DNA from: Balanoglossus misakiensis
Lineage: Eukaryota > Animalia > Hemichordata
DNA: 64,000 bases
Reading direction: 5' to 3'
Assembly (NCBI GenBank): GCA_040954595.2
Contig: CM082596.2
Coordinates: 4,482,081-4,546,080, forward strand
Shown: in pieces, positions 46,730-59,500 of the stretch
Numbering within the stretch: position 1 is the stretch's first letter
How the letters are laid out: every line of letters begins with the position of its first letter
The notes under the pieces: model-generated
The model's database searches: none
What the model was told of the DNA's origin: nothing
Seen by the model: the letters and a program-made list of their open reading frames with translations, nothing else
Position numbers and translations under genes: made by a program

Positions 46730-47246
46730 CGTATCAACGCTTTTCTATATCGAAAAGGTTTCACTGCAACGTTTACCGCGATTAAAATCACTATTTAGTT
46801 TCATTTCCCTGTATATCCCACAGTGACAAGCATTATTTTATTGGATGAAATTTATGAAATAGGCAGGAAGTGTCCGTAAAATAAAAGACACTGTACAATG
46901 TATTTTGCAGGTATCATTCATTTCCGATGAAAGAGGGCGCACTTCAAATGGCGGCGACCAACGGCATATAACACATGATACCAAAATATGACATGGCCAA
47001 ATGCCCAATAACCCCATGGATACATATAATATCTGTTGTTGGTGTTAAGGTTAATTTGGAAAATATCTGACAAGATTGTGTTACATTTTGTTTGCAAGGT
47101 CCATAAAACATTCAAGATTTCATTAGGCTCGGTCTCATTATAGTTAGTTTTAACAGTACTGACTATAATGAGTCCGAGCCATATTAATTTTTTTTTAAAT
47201 TTCACGAGTTTGATCATCATATAATACTTTGGGAGGTTTACGTGTT

Positions 47247-47335
47247 GTCAATCACCCTGGGTCAGTGGCTAAGGGTTTGGAATAATGATTGGAGGACTGG
47301 GGTTCTAATCCTACCGATGACTTTTTCTTTTTTTT
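47247..47335 (+). pseudogene. tRNA-like (Pol III type 2 promoter) element: tRNA pseudogene or SINE head
   Basis: A-box TGGGTCAGTGG (47258-47268) followed by CTAAGG, B-box GGTTCTAATCC (47301-47311) at near-canonical tRNA spacing, then T-rich terminator TTTTTCTTTTTTTT (47322-47335); cloverleaf stems imperfect. Confidence 0.5.
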
Positions 47336-47589
47336 CGCTTTTACATTGGGTGAAATGTATATGTACAAGTTCTAAGTTGGCATTTCTCGAAGAACTTTGG
47401 TGATTTTGTCTTTTTTGGATATTTTTCATGGGTTAGAGCTCATGACAAAATGGTCACCAAAAAGCACGCACCTAAATGGCTCAAATTTCGACGATTCGTT
47501 TTGGGGGCCAAAAAAACTGTGCCCGAAAAGCAGGCACCTAATGGCTCGTGATTTTGAATGCCAAAAATATGCGCCTAAAATCACACACC

Positions 47590-50500
47590 TCCCAGGGTTA
47601 TAGCTCATGAAAATCGTTCAGAAACCTCAATTTTTCGACTTCGCGAATTTTCAAAAGTTGGTGGTTTTTGAACAAAACCATGGGTTATAGCTCATGAAAA
47701 TCGTCAAGAAACCTCAATTTTTCGACTTCGCGATTTTTCAAAATTTGGTGATTTTTTCATAAAAACCATTGGTTATAGCTCATGAAAATCGTCCAGAAAC
47801 CTCAATTTTTCGACTTCGAGAATTTTCAAAATTTGGTGATTTTTTCATAAAAACCATGGGTTATAGCTCATGAAAATCGTCCAGAAACCTCAATTTTTCG
47901 ACTTTGCGAATTTTCAAAATTTGGTCGATTTTTGAAAAAACCATGGGTTATAGCTCAGGAAAATCATCAAAAAATGAGAATTTTTCGACTTTGCGAATTT
48001 TCAAAATTTGGTCGATTTTTGAAAAAACCATGGGTTATAGCTCAGGAAAATCAACAAAAAATGAGAATTTTTCGACTTCGCGAATTTTCAAAATTTGGTG
48101 ATTTTTTCATAAAAACCATGGGTTATAGCTCATGAAAATCGTCCAGAAACCTGAATTTTTCGACTTCGCGAATTTTCAAAATTTGGTGATTTTTTTCATA
48201 AAAACCATGGGTTATAGCTCAGGAAAATCGTCCAGAAACCTGAATTTTTCGACTTCGCGAATTTTCAAAATTTGGTGATTTTTTCATAAAAACCATGGGT
48301 TATAGCTCATGAAAATCGTCCAGAAACCTGAATTTTTCGACTTTGCGAATTTTCAAAATTTGGTCGATTTTTGAAAAAACCATGGGTTATAGCTCAGGAA
48401 AATCATCAAAAAATGAGAATTTTTCGACTTTGCGAATTTTCAAAATTTGGTCGATTTTTGAAAAAACCATGGGTTATAGCTCAGGAAAATCGTCAAAAAA
48501 TGAGAATTTTTCGACTTTGCGAATTTTCAAAATTTGGTCGATTTTTGAAAAAACCATGGGTTATAGCTCAGGAAAATCATCAAAAAATGAGAATTTTTCG
48601 ACTTTGCGAATTTTCAAAATTTGGTCGATTTTTGAAAAAACCATGGGTTATAGCTCAGGAAAATCATCAAAAAATGAGAATTTTTCGACTTTGCGAATTT
48701 TCAAAATTTGGTCGATTTTTGAAAAAACCATGGGTTATAGCTCAGGAAAATCATCAAAAAATGAGAATTTTTCGACTTTGCGAATTTTCGAAATTTGGTC
48801 GATTTTTGAAAAAACCATGGGTTATAGCTCAGGAAAATCGTCAAAAAATGAGAATTTTTCGACTTTACGAATTTTCAAAATTTGGTCGATTTTTGAAAAA
48901 ACCATGGGTTATAGCTCAGGAAAATCGTCAAAAAATGAGAATTTTTCGACTTTGCGAATTTTCAAAATTTGGTCGATTTTTGAAAAAACCATGGGTTATA
49001 GCTCAGGAAAATCATCAAAAAATGAGAATTTTTCGACTTCGCGAATTTTCAAAATTTGGTGATTTTTTCATTAAAACCATGGGTTATAGCTCATGAAAAT
49101 CGTCCAGAAACCTGAATTTTTCGACTTCGCGAATTTTCAAAATTTGGTGATTTTTTCATAAAAACCATGGGTTATAGCTCATGAAAATCGTCCAGAAACC
49201 TGAATTTTTCGACTTCGCGAATTTTCAAAATTTGGTGATTTTTTCATAAAAACCATGGGTTATAGCTCATGAAAATCGTCCAGAAACCTGAATTTTTCGA
49301 CTTCGCGAATTTTCAAAATTTGGTGGGTTTTTTCATAAAAACCATGGGTTATAGCTCAGGAAAATCATCAAAAAATGAGACTTTTTCGACTTTGCGAATT
49401 TTCAAAATTTGGTCGATTTTTGAAAAAACCATGGGTTATAGCTCAGGAAAATCGTCAAAAAATGAGAATTTTTCGACTTTGCGAATTTTCAAAATTTGGT
49501 CGATTTTTGAAAAAACCATGGGTTATAGCTCAGGAAAATCGTCAAAAAATGAGAATTTTTGGACTTTGCGAATTTTCAAAATTTGGTCGACTTTTGAAAA
49601 AACCATGGGTTATAGCTCAGGAAAATCGTCAAAAAATGAGAATTTTTCGACTTTGCGAATTTTCAAAATTTGGTCGATTTTTGAAAAAACCATGGGTTAT
49701 AGCTCAGGAAAATCGTCAAAAAATGAGAATTTTTCGACTTTGCGAATTTTCAAAATTTGGTCGATTTTTGAAAAAACCATGGGTTATAGCTCAGGAAAAT
49801 CGTCAAAAAATGAGAATTTTTCGACTTTGCGAATTTTCAAAATTTGGTCGATTTTTGAAAAAACCATGGGTTATAGCTCAGGAAAATCGTCAAAAAATGA
49901 GAATTTTTCGACTTTGCGAATTTTCAAAATTTGGTCGATTTTTGAAAAAACCATGGGTTATAGCTCAGGAAAATCGTCAAAAAATGAGAATTTTTGGACT
50001 TTGCGAATTTTCAAAATTTGGTAGATTTTTGAAAAAACCATGGGTTATAGCTCAGGAAAATCGTCAAAAAATGAGAATTTTTGGACTTTGCGAATTTTCA
50101 AAATTTGGTAGATTTTTGAAAAAACCATGGGTTATAGCTCAGGAAAATCGTCAAAAAATGAGAATTTTTGGACTTTGCGAATTTTCAAAATTTGGTCGAT
50201 TTTTGAAAAAACCATGGGTTATAGCTCAGGAAAATCGTCAAAAAATGAGAATTTTTGGACTTTGCGAATTTTCAAAATTTGGTCGATTTTTGAAAAAACC
50301 ATGGGTTATAGCTCAGGAAAATCGTCAAAAAATGAGAATTTTTGGACTTTGCGGATTTTCAAAATTTGGTCGATTTTTGAAAAAAACATGGGTTATAGCT
50401 CAGGAAAATCGTCAAAAAATGAGAATTTTTGGACTTTGCGGATTTTCAAAATTTGGTCGATTTTTGAAAAAACCATGGGTTATAGCTCAGGAAAATCGTC

Positions 50501-53500
50501 AAAAAATGAGAATTTTTGGACTTTGCGGATTTTCAAAATTTGGTCGATTTTTGAAAAAACCATGGGTTATAGCTCAGGAAAATCGTCAAAAAATGAGAAT
50601 TTTTGGACTTTGCGGATTTTCAAAATTTGGTCGATTTTTGAAAAAACCATGGGTTATAGCTCAGGAAAATCGTCAAAAAATGAGAATTTTTCGACTTTGC
50701 GGATTTTCAAAATTTGGTCGATTTTTGAAAAAACCATGGGTTATAGCTCAGGAAAATCGTCAAAAAATGAGAATTTTTCGACTTTGCGGATTTTCAAAAT
50801 TTGGTCGATTTTTGAAAAAACCATGGGTTATAGCTCAGGAAAATCGTCAAAAAATGAGAATTTTTCGACTTTGCGAATTTTCAAAATTTGGTCGATTTTT
50901 GAAAAAACCATGGGTTATAGCTCAGGAAAATCGTCAAAAAATGAGAATTTTTGGACTTTGCGGATTTTCAAAATTTGGTCGATTTTTGAAAAAACCATGG
51001 GTTATAGCTCAGGAAAATCGTCAAAAAATGAGAATTTTTGGACTTTGCGGATTTTCAAAATTTGGTCGATTTTTGAAAAAACCATGGGTTATAGCTCAGG
51101 AAAATCGTCAAAAAATGAGAATTTTTGGACTTTGCGGATTTTCAAAATTTGGTCGATTTTTGAAAAAACCATGGGTTATAGCTCAGGAAAATCGTCAAAA
51201 AATGAGAATTTTTGGACTTTGCGGATTTTCAAAATTTGGTCGATTTTTGAAAAAACCATGGGTTATAGCTCAGGAAAATCGTCAAAAAATGAGAATTTTT
51301 CGACTTTGCGGATTTTCAAAATTTGGTCGATTTTTGAAAAAACCATGGGTTATAGCTCAGGAAAATCGTCAAAAAATGAGAATTTTTCGACTTTGCGGAT
51401 TTTCAAAATTTGGTCGATTTTTGAAAAAAACCATGGGTTTTAGCTCAGGAAAATCGTCAAAAAATGAGAATTTTTCGACTTTGCGGATTTTCAAAATTTG
51501 GTCGATTTTTGAAAAAACCATGGGTTTTAGCTCAGGAAAATCGTCAAAAAATGAGAATTTTTCGACTTTGCGGATTTTCAAAATTTGGTCGATTTTTGAA
51601 AAAACCATGGGTTTTAGCTCAGGAAAATCGTCAAAAAATGAGAATTTTTCGACTTTGCGGATTTTCAAAATTTGGTCGATTTTTGAAAAAACCATGGGTT
51701 ATAGCTCAGGAAAATCGTCAAAAAATGAGAATTTTTCGACTTTGCGAATTTTCAAAATTTGGTCGATTTTTGAAAAAACCATGGGTTATAGCTCAGGAAA
51801 ATCGTCAAAAAATGAGAATTTTTCGACTTTGCGGATTTTCAAAATTTGGTCGATTTTTGAAAAAACCATGGGTTATAGCTCAGGAAAATCGTCAAAAAAT
51901 GAGAATTTTTCGACTACTCTCACGAGATTTCATGAAAAAACCATGGGTTATAGCTCAGGAAAATCGTCAAAAAATGAGAATTTTCGACTATGCGTAATAT
52001 GTGGTCGATTTTTTGAAAAACCATGGGTTATAGTCAGGAAAATCGTCAAAAATGAGAATTTTTGACTAAAAAATGAGAATTTTTCGACTTTGCGGATTTT
52101 CAAAATTTGGTCGATTTTTGAAAAAACCATGGGTTATAGCTCAGGAAAATCGTCAAAAAATGAGAATTTTTCGACTTTGCGGATTTTCAAAATTTGGTCG
52201 ATTTTTGAAAAAACCATGGGTTATAGCTCAGGAAAATCGTCAAAAAATGAGAATTTTTGGACTTTGCGGATTTTCAAAATTTGGTCGATTTTTGAAAAAA
52301 CCATGGGTTATAGCTCAGGAAAATCGTCAAAAAATGAGAATTTTTGGACTTTGCGGATTTTCAAAATTTGGTCGATTTTTGAAAAAACCATGGGTTATAG
52401 CTCAGGAAAATCGTCAAAAAATGAGAATTTTTGGACTTTGCGGATTTTCAAAATTTGGTCGATTTTTGAAAAAACCATGGGTTATAGCTCAGGAAAATCG
52501 TCAAAAAATGAGAATTTTTGGACTTTGCGGATTTTCAAAATTTGGTCGATTTTTGAAAAAACCATGGGTTATAGCTCAGGAAAATCGTCAAAAAATGAGA
52601 ATTTTTGGACTTTGCGGATTTTCAAAATTTGGTCGATTTTTGAAAAAACCATGGGTTATAGCTCAGGAAAATCGTCAAAAAATGAGAATTTTTGGACTTT
52701 GCGGATTTTCAAAATTTGGTCGATTTTTGAAAAAACCATGGGTTATAGCTCAGGAAAATCGTCAAAAAATGAGAATTTTTGGACTTTGCGGATTTTCAAA
52801 ATTTGGTCGATTTTTGAAAAAACCATGGGTTATAGCTCAGGAAAATCGTCAAAAAATGAGAATTTTTGGACTTTGCGGATTTCAAAATTTGGTCGATTTT
52901 TGAAAAAACCATGGGTTATAGCTCAGGAAAATCGTCAAAAAATGAGAATTTTTGGACTTTGCGGATTTTCAAAATTTGGTCGATTTTTGAAAAAACCATG
53001 GGTTATAGCTCAGGAAAATCGTCAAAAAATGAGAATTTTTGGACTTTGCGGATTTTCAAAATTTGGTCGATTTTTGAAAAAACCATGGGTTATAGCTCAG
53101 GAAAATCGTCAAAAAATGAGAATTTTTGGACTTTGCGGATTTTCAAAATTTGGTCGATTTTTGAAAAAACCATGGGTTATAGCTCAGGAAAATCGTCAAA
53201 AAATGAGAATTTTTGGACTTTGCGGATTTTCAAAATTTGGTCGATTTTTGAAAAAACCATGGGTTATAGCTCAGGAAAATCGTCAAAAAATGAGAATTTT
53301 TGGACTTTGCGGATTTTCAAAATTTGGTCGATTTTTGAAAAAACCATGGGTTATAGCTCAGGAAAATCGTCAAAAATGAGAATTTTTGGACTTTGCGGAT
53401 TTTCAAAATTTGGTCGATTTTTGAAAAAACCATGGGTTATAGCTCAGGAAAATCGTCAAAAAATGAGAATTTTTGGACTTTGCGGATTTTCAAAATTTGG

Positions 53501-56500
53501 TCGATTTTTGAAAAAACCATGGGTTATAGCTCAGGAAAATCGTCAAAAAATGAGAATTTTTGGACTTTGCGGATTTTCAAAATTTGGTCGATTTTTGAAA
53601 AAACCATGGGTTATAGCTCAGGAAAATCGTCAAAAAATGAGAATTTTTGGACTTTGCGGATTTTCAAAATTTGGTCGATTTTTGAAAAAACCATGGGTTA
53701 TAGCTCAGGAAAATCGTCAAAAAATGAGAATTTTTGGACTTTGCGGATTTTCAAAATTTGGTCGATTTTTGAAAAAACCATGGGTTATAGCTCAGGAAAA
53801 TCGTCAAAAAATGAGAATTTTTGGACTTTGCGGATTTTCAAAATTTGGTCGATTTTTGAAAAAACCATGGGTTATAGCTCAGGAAAATCGTCAAAAAATG
53901 AGAATTTTTGGACTTTGCGGATTTCAAAATTTGGTCGATTTTTGAAAAAACCATGGGTTATAGCTCAGGAAAATCGTCAAAAAATGAGAATTTTTGGACT
54001 TTGCGGATTTTCAAAATTTGGTCGATTTTTGAAAAAACCATGGGTTATAGCTCAGGAAAATCGTCAAAAAATGAGAATTTTTGGACTTTGCGGATTTTCA
54101 AAATTTGGTCGATTTTTGAAAAAACCATGGGTTATAGCTCAGGAAAATCGTCAAAAAATGAGAATTTTTGGACTTTGCGGATTTTCAAAATTTGGTCGAT
54201 TTTTGAAAAAACCATGGGTTATAGCTCAGGAAAATCGTCAAAAAATGAGAATTTTTGGACTTTGCGGATTTTCAAAATTTGGTCGATTTTTGAAAAAACC
54301 ATGGGTTATAGCTCAGGAAAATCGTCAAAAAATGAGAATTTTTGGACTTTGCGGATTTTCAAAATTTGGTCGATTTTTGAAAAAACCATGGGTTATAGCT
54401 CAGGAAAATCGTCAAAAAATGAGAATTTTTGGACTTTGCGGATTTTCAAAATTTGGTCGATTTTTGAAAAAACCATGGGTTATAGCTCAGGAAAATCGTC
54501 AAAAAATGAGAATTTTTGGACTTTGCGGATTTTCAAAATTTGGTCGATTTTTGAAAAAACCATGGGTTATAGCTCAGGAAAATCGTCAAAAAATGAGAAT
54601 TTTTGGACTTTGCGGATTTTCAAAATTTGGTCGATTTTTGAAAAAACCATGGGTTATAGCTCAGGAAAATCGTCAAAAAATGAGAATTTTTGGACTTTGC
54701 GGATTTTCAAAATTTGGTCGATTTTTGAAAAAACCATGGGTTATAGCTCAGGAAAATCGTCAAAAAATGAGAATTTTTGGACTTTGCGGATTTTCAAAAA
54801 TTTGGTCGATTTTTGAAAAAACCATGGGTTATAGCTCAGGAAAATCGTCAAAAAATGAGAATTTTTGGACTTTGCGGATTTTCAAAATTTGGTCGATTTT
54901 TGAAAAAACCATGGGTTATAGCTCAGGAAAATCGTCAAAAAATGAGAATTTTTGGACTTTGCGGATTTTCAAAATTTGGTCGATTTTTGAAAAAACCATG
55001 GGTTATAGCTCAGGAAAATCGTCAAAAAATGAGAATTTTTGGACTTTGCGGATTTTCAAAATTTGGTCGATTTTTGAAAAAACCATGGGTTATAGCTCAG
55101 GAAAATCGTCAAAAAATGAGAATTTTTGGACTTTGCGGATTTTCAAAATTTGGTCGATTTTTGAAAAAACCATGGGTTATAGCTCAGGAAAATCGTCAAA
55201 AAATGAGAATTTTTGGACTTTGCGGATTTTCAAAATTTGGTCGATTTTTGAAAAAACCATGGGTTATAGCTCAGGAAAATCGTCAAAAAATGAGAATTTT
55301 TGGACTTTGCGGATTTTCAAAATTTGGTCGATTTTTGAAAAAACCATGGGTTATAGCTCAGGAAAATCGTCAAAAAATGAGAATTTTTGGACTTTGCGGA
55401 TTTTCAAAATTTGGTCGATTTTTGAAAAAACCATGGGTTATAGCTCAGGAAAATCGTCAAAAAATGAGAATTTTTGGACTTTGCGGATTTTCAAAATTTG
55501 GTCGATTTTTGAAAAAACCATGGGTTATAGCTCAGGAAAATCGTCAAAAAATGAGAATTTTTGGACTTTGCGGATTTTCAAAATTTGGTCGATTTTTGAA
55601 AAAACCATGGGTTATAGCTCAGGAAAATCGTCAAAAAATGAGAATTTTTTGGACTTTGCGGATTTTCAAAATTTGGTCGATTTTTGAAAAAACCATGGGT
55701 TATAGCTCAGGAAAATCGTCAAAAAATGAGAATTTTTGGACTTTGCGGATTTTCAAAATTTGGTCGATTTTTGAAAAAACCATGGGTTATAGCTCAGGAA
55801 AATCGTCAAAAAATGAGAATTTTTGGACTTTGCGGATTTTCAAAATTTGGTCGATTTTTGAAAAAACCATGGGTTATAGCTCAGGAAAATCGTCAAAAAA
55901 TGAGAATTTTTGGACTTTGCGGATTTTCAAAATTTGGTCGATTTTTGAAAAAACCATGGGTTATAGCTCAGGAAAATCGTCAAAAAATGAGAATTTTTGG
56001 ACTTTGCGGATTTTCAAAATTTGGTCGATTTTTGAAAAAACCATGGGTTATAGCTCAGGAAAATCGTCAAAAAATGAGAATTTTTGGACTTTGCGGATTT
56101 TCAAAATTTGGTCGATTTTTGAAAAAACCATGGGTTATAGCTCAGGAAAATCGTCAAAAAATGAGAATTTTTGGACTTTGCGGATTTTCAAAATTTGGTC
56201 GATTTTTGAAAAACCATGGGTTATAGCTCAGGAAAATCGTCAAAAAATGAGAATTTTTGGACTTTGCGGATTTTCAAAATTTGGTCGATTTTTGAAAAAA
56301 CCATGGGTTATAGCTCAGGAAAATCGTCAAAAAATGAGAATTTTTGGACTTTGCGGATTTTCAAAATTTGGTCGATTTTTGAAAAACCATGGGTTATAGC
56401 TCAGGAAAATCGTCAAAAAATGAGAATTTTTGGACTTTGCGGATTTTCAAAATTTGGTCGATTTTTGAAAAAACCATGGGTTATAGCTCAGGAAAATCGT

Positions 56501-59500
56501 CAAAAAATGAGAATTTTTGGACTTTGCGGATTTTCAAAATTTGGTCGATTTTTGAAAAACCATGGGTTATAGCTCAGGAAAATCGTCAAAAAAATGAGAA
56601 TTTTTGGACTTTGCGGATTTTTCAAAATTTGGTCGATTTTTGAAAAAACCATGGGTATAGCTCAGGAAAATCGTCAAAAAATGAGAATTTTTGGACTTTG
56701 CGGATTTTCAAAATTTGGTCGATTTTTGAAAAAACCATGGGTTATAGCTCAGGAAAATCGTCAAAAAATGAGAATTTTTGGACTTTGCGGATTTTCAAAA
56801 TTTGGTCGATTTTGAAAAAACCATGGGTTATAGCTCAGGAAAATCGTCAAAAAATGAGAATTTTTGGACTTTGCGGATTTTCAAAATTTGGTCGATTTTT
56901 GAAAAAACCATGGGTTATAGCTCAGGAAAATCGTCAAAAAATGAGAATTTTTGGACTTTGGCGGATTTTCAAAATTTGGTCGATTTTTGAAAAAACCATG
57001 GGTTATAGCTCAGGAAAATCGTCAAAAAATGAGAAATTTTTAGACTTTGCGGATTTTCAAAATTTGGTCGATTTTTGAAAAACCATGGGTTATAGCTCAG
57101 GAAAATCGTCAAAAATGAGAATTTTTGGAACTTTTGCGGATTTTCAAAATTTGGTCGATTTTGAAAAAACCATGGGTTATAGCTCAGGAAAATCGTCAAA
57201 AAATGAGAATTTTTGGACTTTGCGGATTTTCAAAATTTGGGTCGATTTTTGAAAAAACCATGGGTTATAGCTCAGGAAAATCGTCAAAAAATGAGAATTT
57301 TTTGGACTTTGCGGATTTTCAAAATTTGGTCGATTTTTGAAAAACCATGGGTTATAGCTCAGGAAAATCGTCAAAAAATGAGAATTTTTTGGACTTTGCG
57401 GATTTTCAAATTTGGTCGATTTTTGAAAAAACCATGGTTATAGCTCAGGAAAATCGTCAAAAAATGAGAATTTTTGAACTTTCGGATTTTCAAAATTTGG
57501 TCGATTTTTGAAAAAACCATGGGTTATAGCTCAGGAAAATCGTCAAAAAATGAGAATTTTTGGACTTTTGCGGATTTTCAAAATTTGTCGATTTTTGAAA
57601 AACCATGGTTATAGCTCAGGAAAATCGTCAAAAAATGATAATTTTTGGACTTTGCGGATTTTCAAAATTTGGTCGATTTTTGAAAAAACCATGGGTTATA
57701 GCTCAGGAAAATCGTCAAAAAATGAGAATTTTTGGACTTTGCGGATTTTCAAATTTGGTCTATTTTTTAAAAAAACATGGTTATAGCTCAGGAAATCGTC
57801 AAAAAATGAGAATTTTTGACTTTGCGGATTTTCAAAATTTGGTCGATTTTGAAAAACCATGGGTTTAGTCAGGAAAGAGATTGCTTTTATTGGTCGCCAT
57901 GGGTTATAGCTCAGGAATCGTCAAAAATGAGATTTGACTTTGCGTTTCAAAATTTGGTCGATTTTTGAAAACCATGGGTTATAGCTCAGGATCGTAAAAA
58001 CCATGGGTTATAGCTCAGGAAAATCGTCAAAAAAATGAGAATTTTTGGACTTTGCGGATTTTCAAAATTTGGTCGATTTTGAAAAAACATTGCGGATTTT
58101 CAAAATTTGGTCGATTTTTGAAAAAACCATGGGTTATAGCTCAGGAAAATCGTCAAAAAATGAGAATTTTTGGACTTTGCGGATTTTCAAAATTTGGTCG
58201 ATTTTTGAAAAAACCATGGGTTATAGCTCAGGAAAATCGTCAAAAAATGAGAATTTTTGGACTTTGCGGATTTTCAAAATTTGGTCGATTTTTGAAAAAA
58301 CCATGGGTTATAGCTCAGGAAAATCGTCAAAAAATGAGAATTTTTGGACTTTGCGGATTTTCAAAATTTGGTCGATTTTTGAAAAAACCATGGGTTATAG
58401 CTCAGGAAAATCGTCAAAAAATGAGAATTTTTGGACTTTGCGGATTTTCAAAATTTGGTCGATTTTTGAAAAAACCATGGGTTATAGCTCAGGAAAATCG
58501 TCAAAAAATGAGAATTTTTGGACTTTGCGGATTTTCAAAATTTGGTCGATTTTTGAAAAAACCATGGGTTATAGCTCAGGAAAATCGTCAAAAAATGAGA
58601 ATTTTTGGACTTTGCGGATTTTCAAAATTTGGTCGATTTTTGAAAAAACCATGGGTTATAGCTCAGGAAAATCGTCAAAAAATGAGAATTTTTGGACTTT
58701 GCGGATTTTCAAAATTTGGTCGATTTTTGAAAAAACCATGGGTTATAGCTCAGGAAAATCGTCAAAAAATGAGAATTTTGGACTTTGCGGATTTTCAAAA
58801 TTTGGTCGATTTTGAAAAAACCATGGGTTATAGCTCAGGAAAATCGTCAAAAAATGAGAATTTTTGGACTTTGCGGATTTTCAAAATTTGGTCGATTTTT
58901 GAAAAAACCATGGGTTATAGCTCAGGAAAATCGTCAAAAATGAGAATTTTTGGACTTTGCGGATTTTCAAAATTTGGTCGATTTTTGAAAAAACCATGGG
59001 TTATAGCTCAGGAAAATCGTCAAAAAATGAGAATTTTTGGACTTTGCGGATTTTCAAAATTTGGTCGATTTTTGAAAAAACCATGGGTTATAGCTCAGGA
59101 AAATCGTCAAAAAATGAGAATTTTTGGACTTTGCGGATTTTCAAAATTTGGTCGATTTTTGAAAAAACCATGGGTTATAGCTCAGGAAAATCGTCAAAAA
59201 ATGAGAATTTTTGGACTTTGCGGATTTTCAAAATTTGGTCGATTTTTGAAAAAACCATGGGTTATAGCTCAGGAAAATCGTCAAAAAATGAGAATTTTTG
59301 GACTTTGCGGATTTTCAAAATTTGGTCGATTTTTGAAAAAACCATGGGTTATAGCTCAGGAAAATCGTCAAAAAATGAGAATTTTTGGACTTTGCGGATT
59401 TTCAAAATTTGGTCGATTTTTGAAAAAACCATGGGTTATAGCTCAGGAAAATCGTCAAAAAATGAGAATTTTTGGACTTTGCGGATTTTCAAAATTTGGT

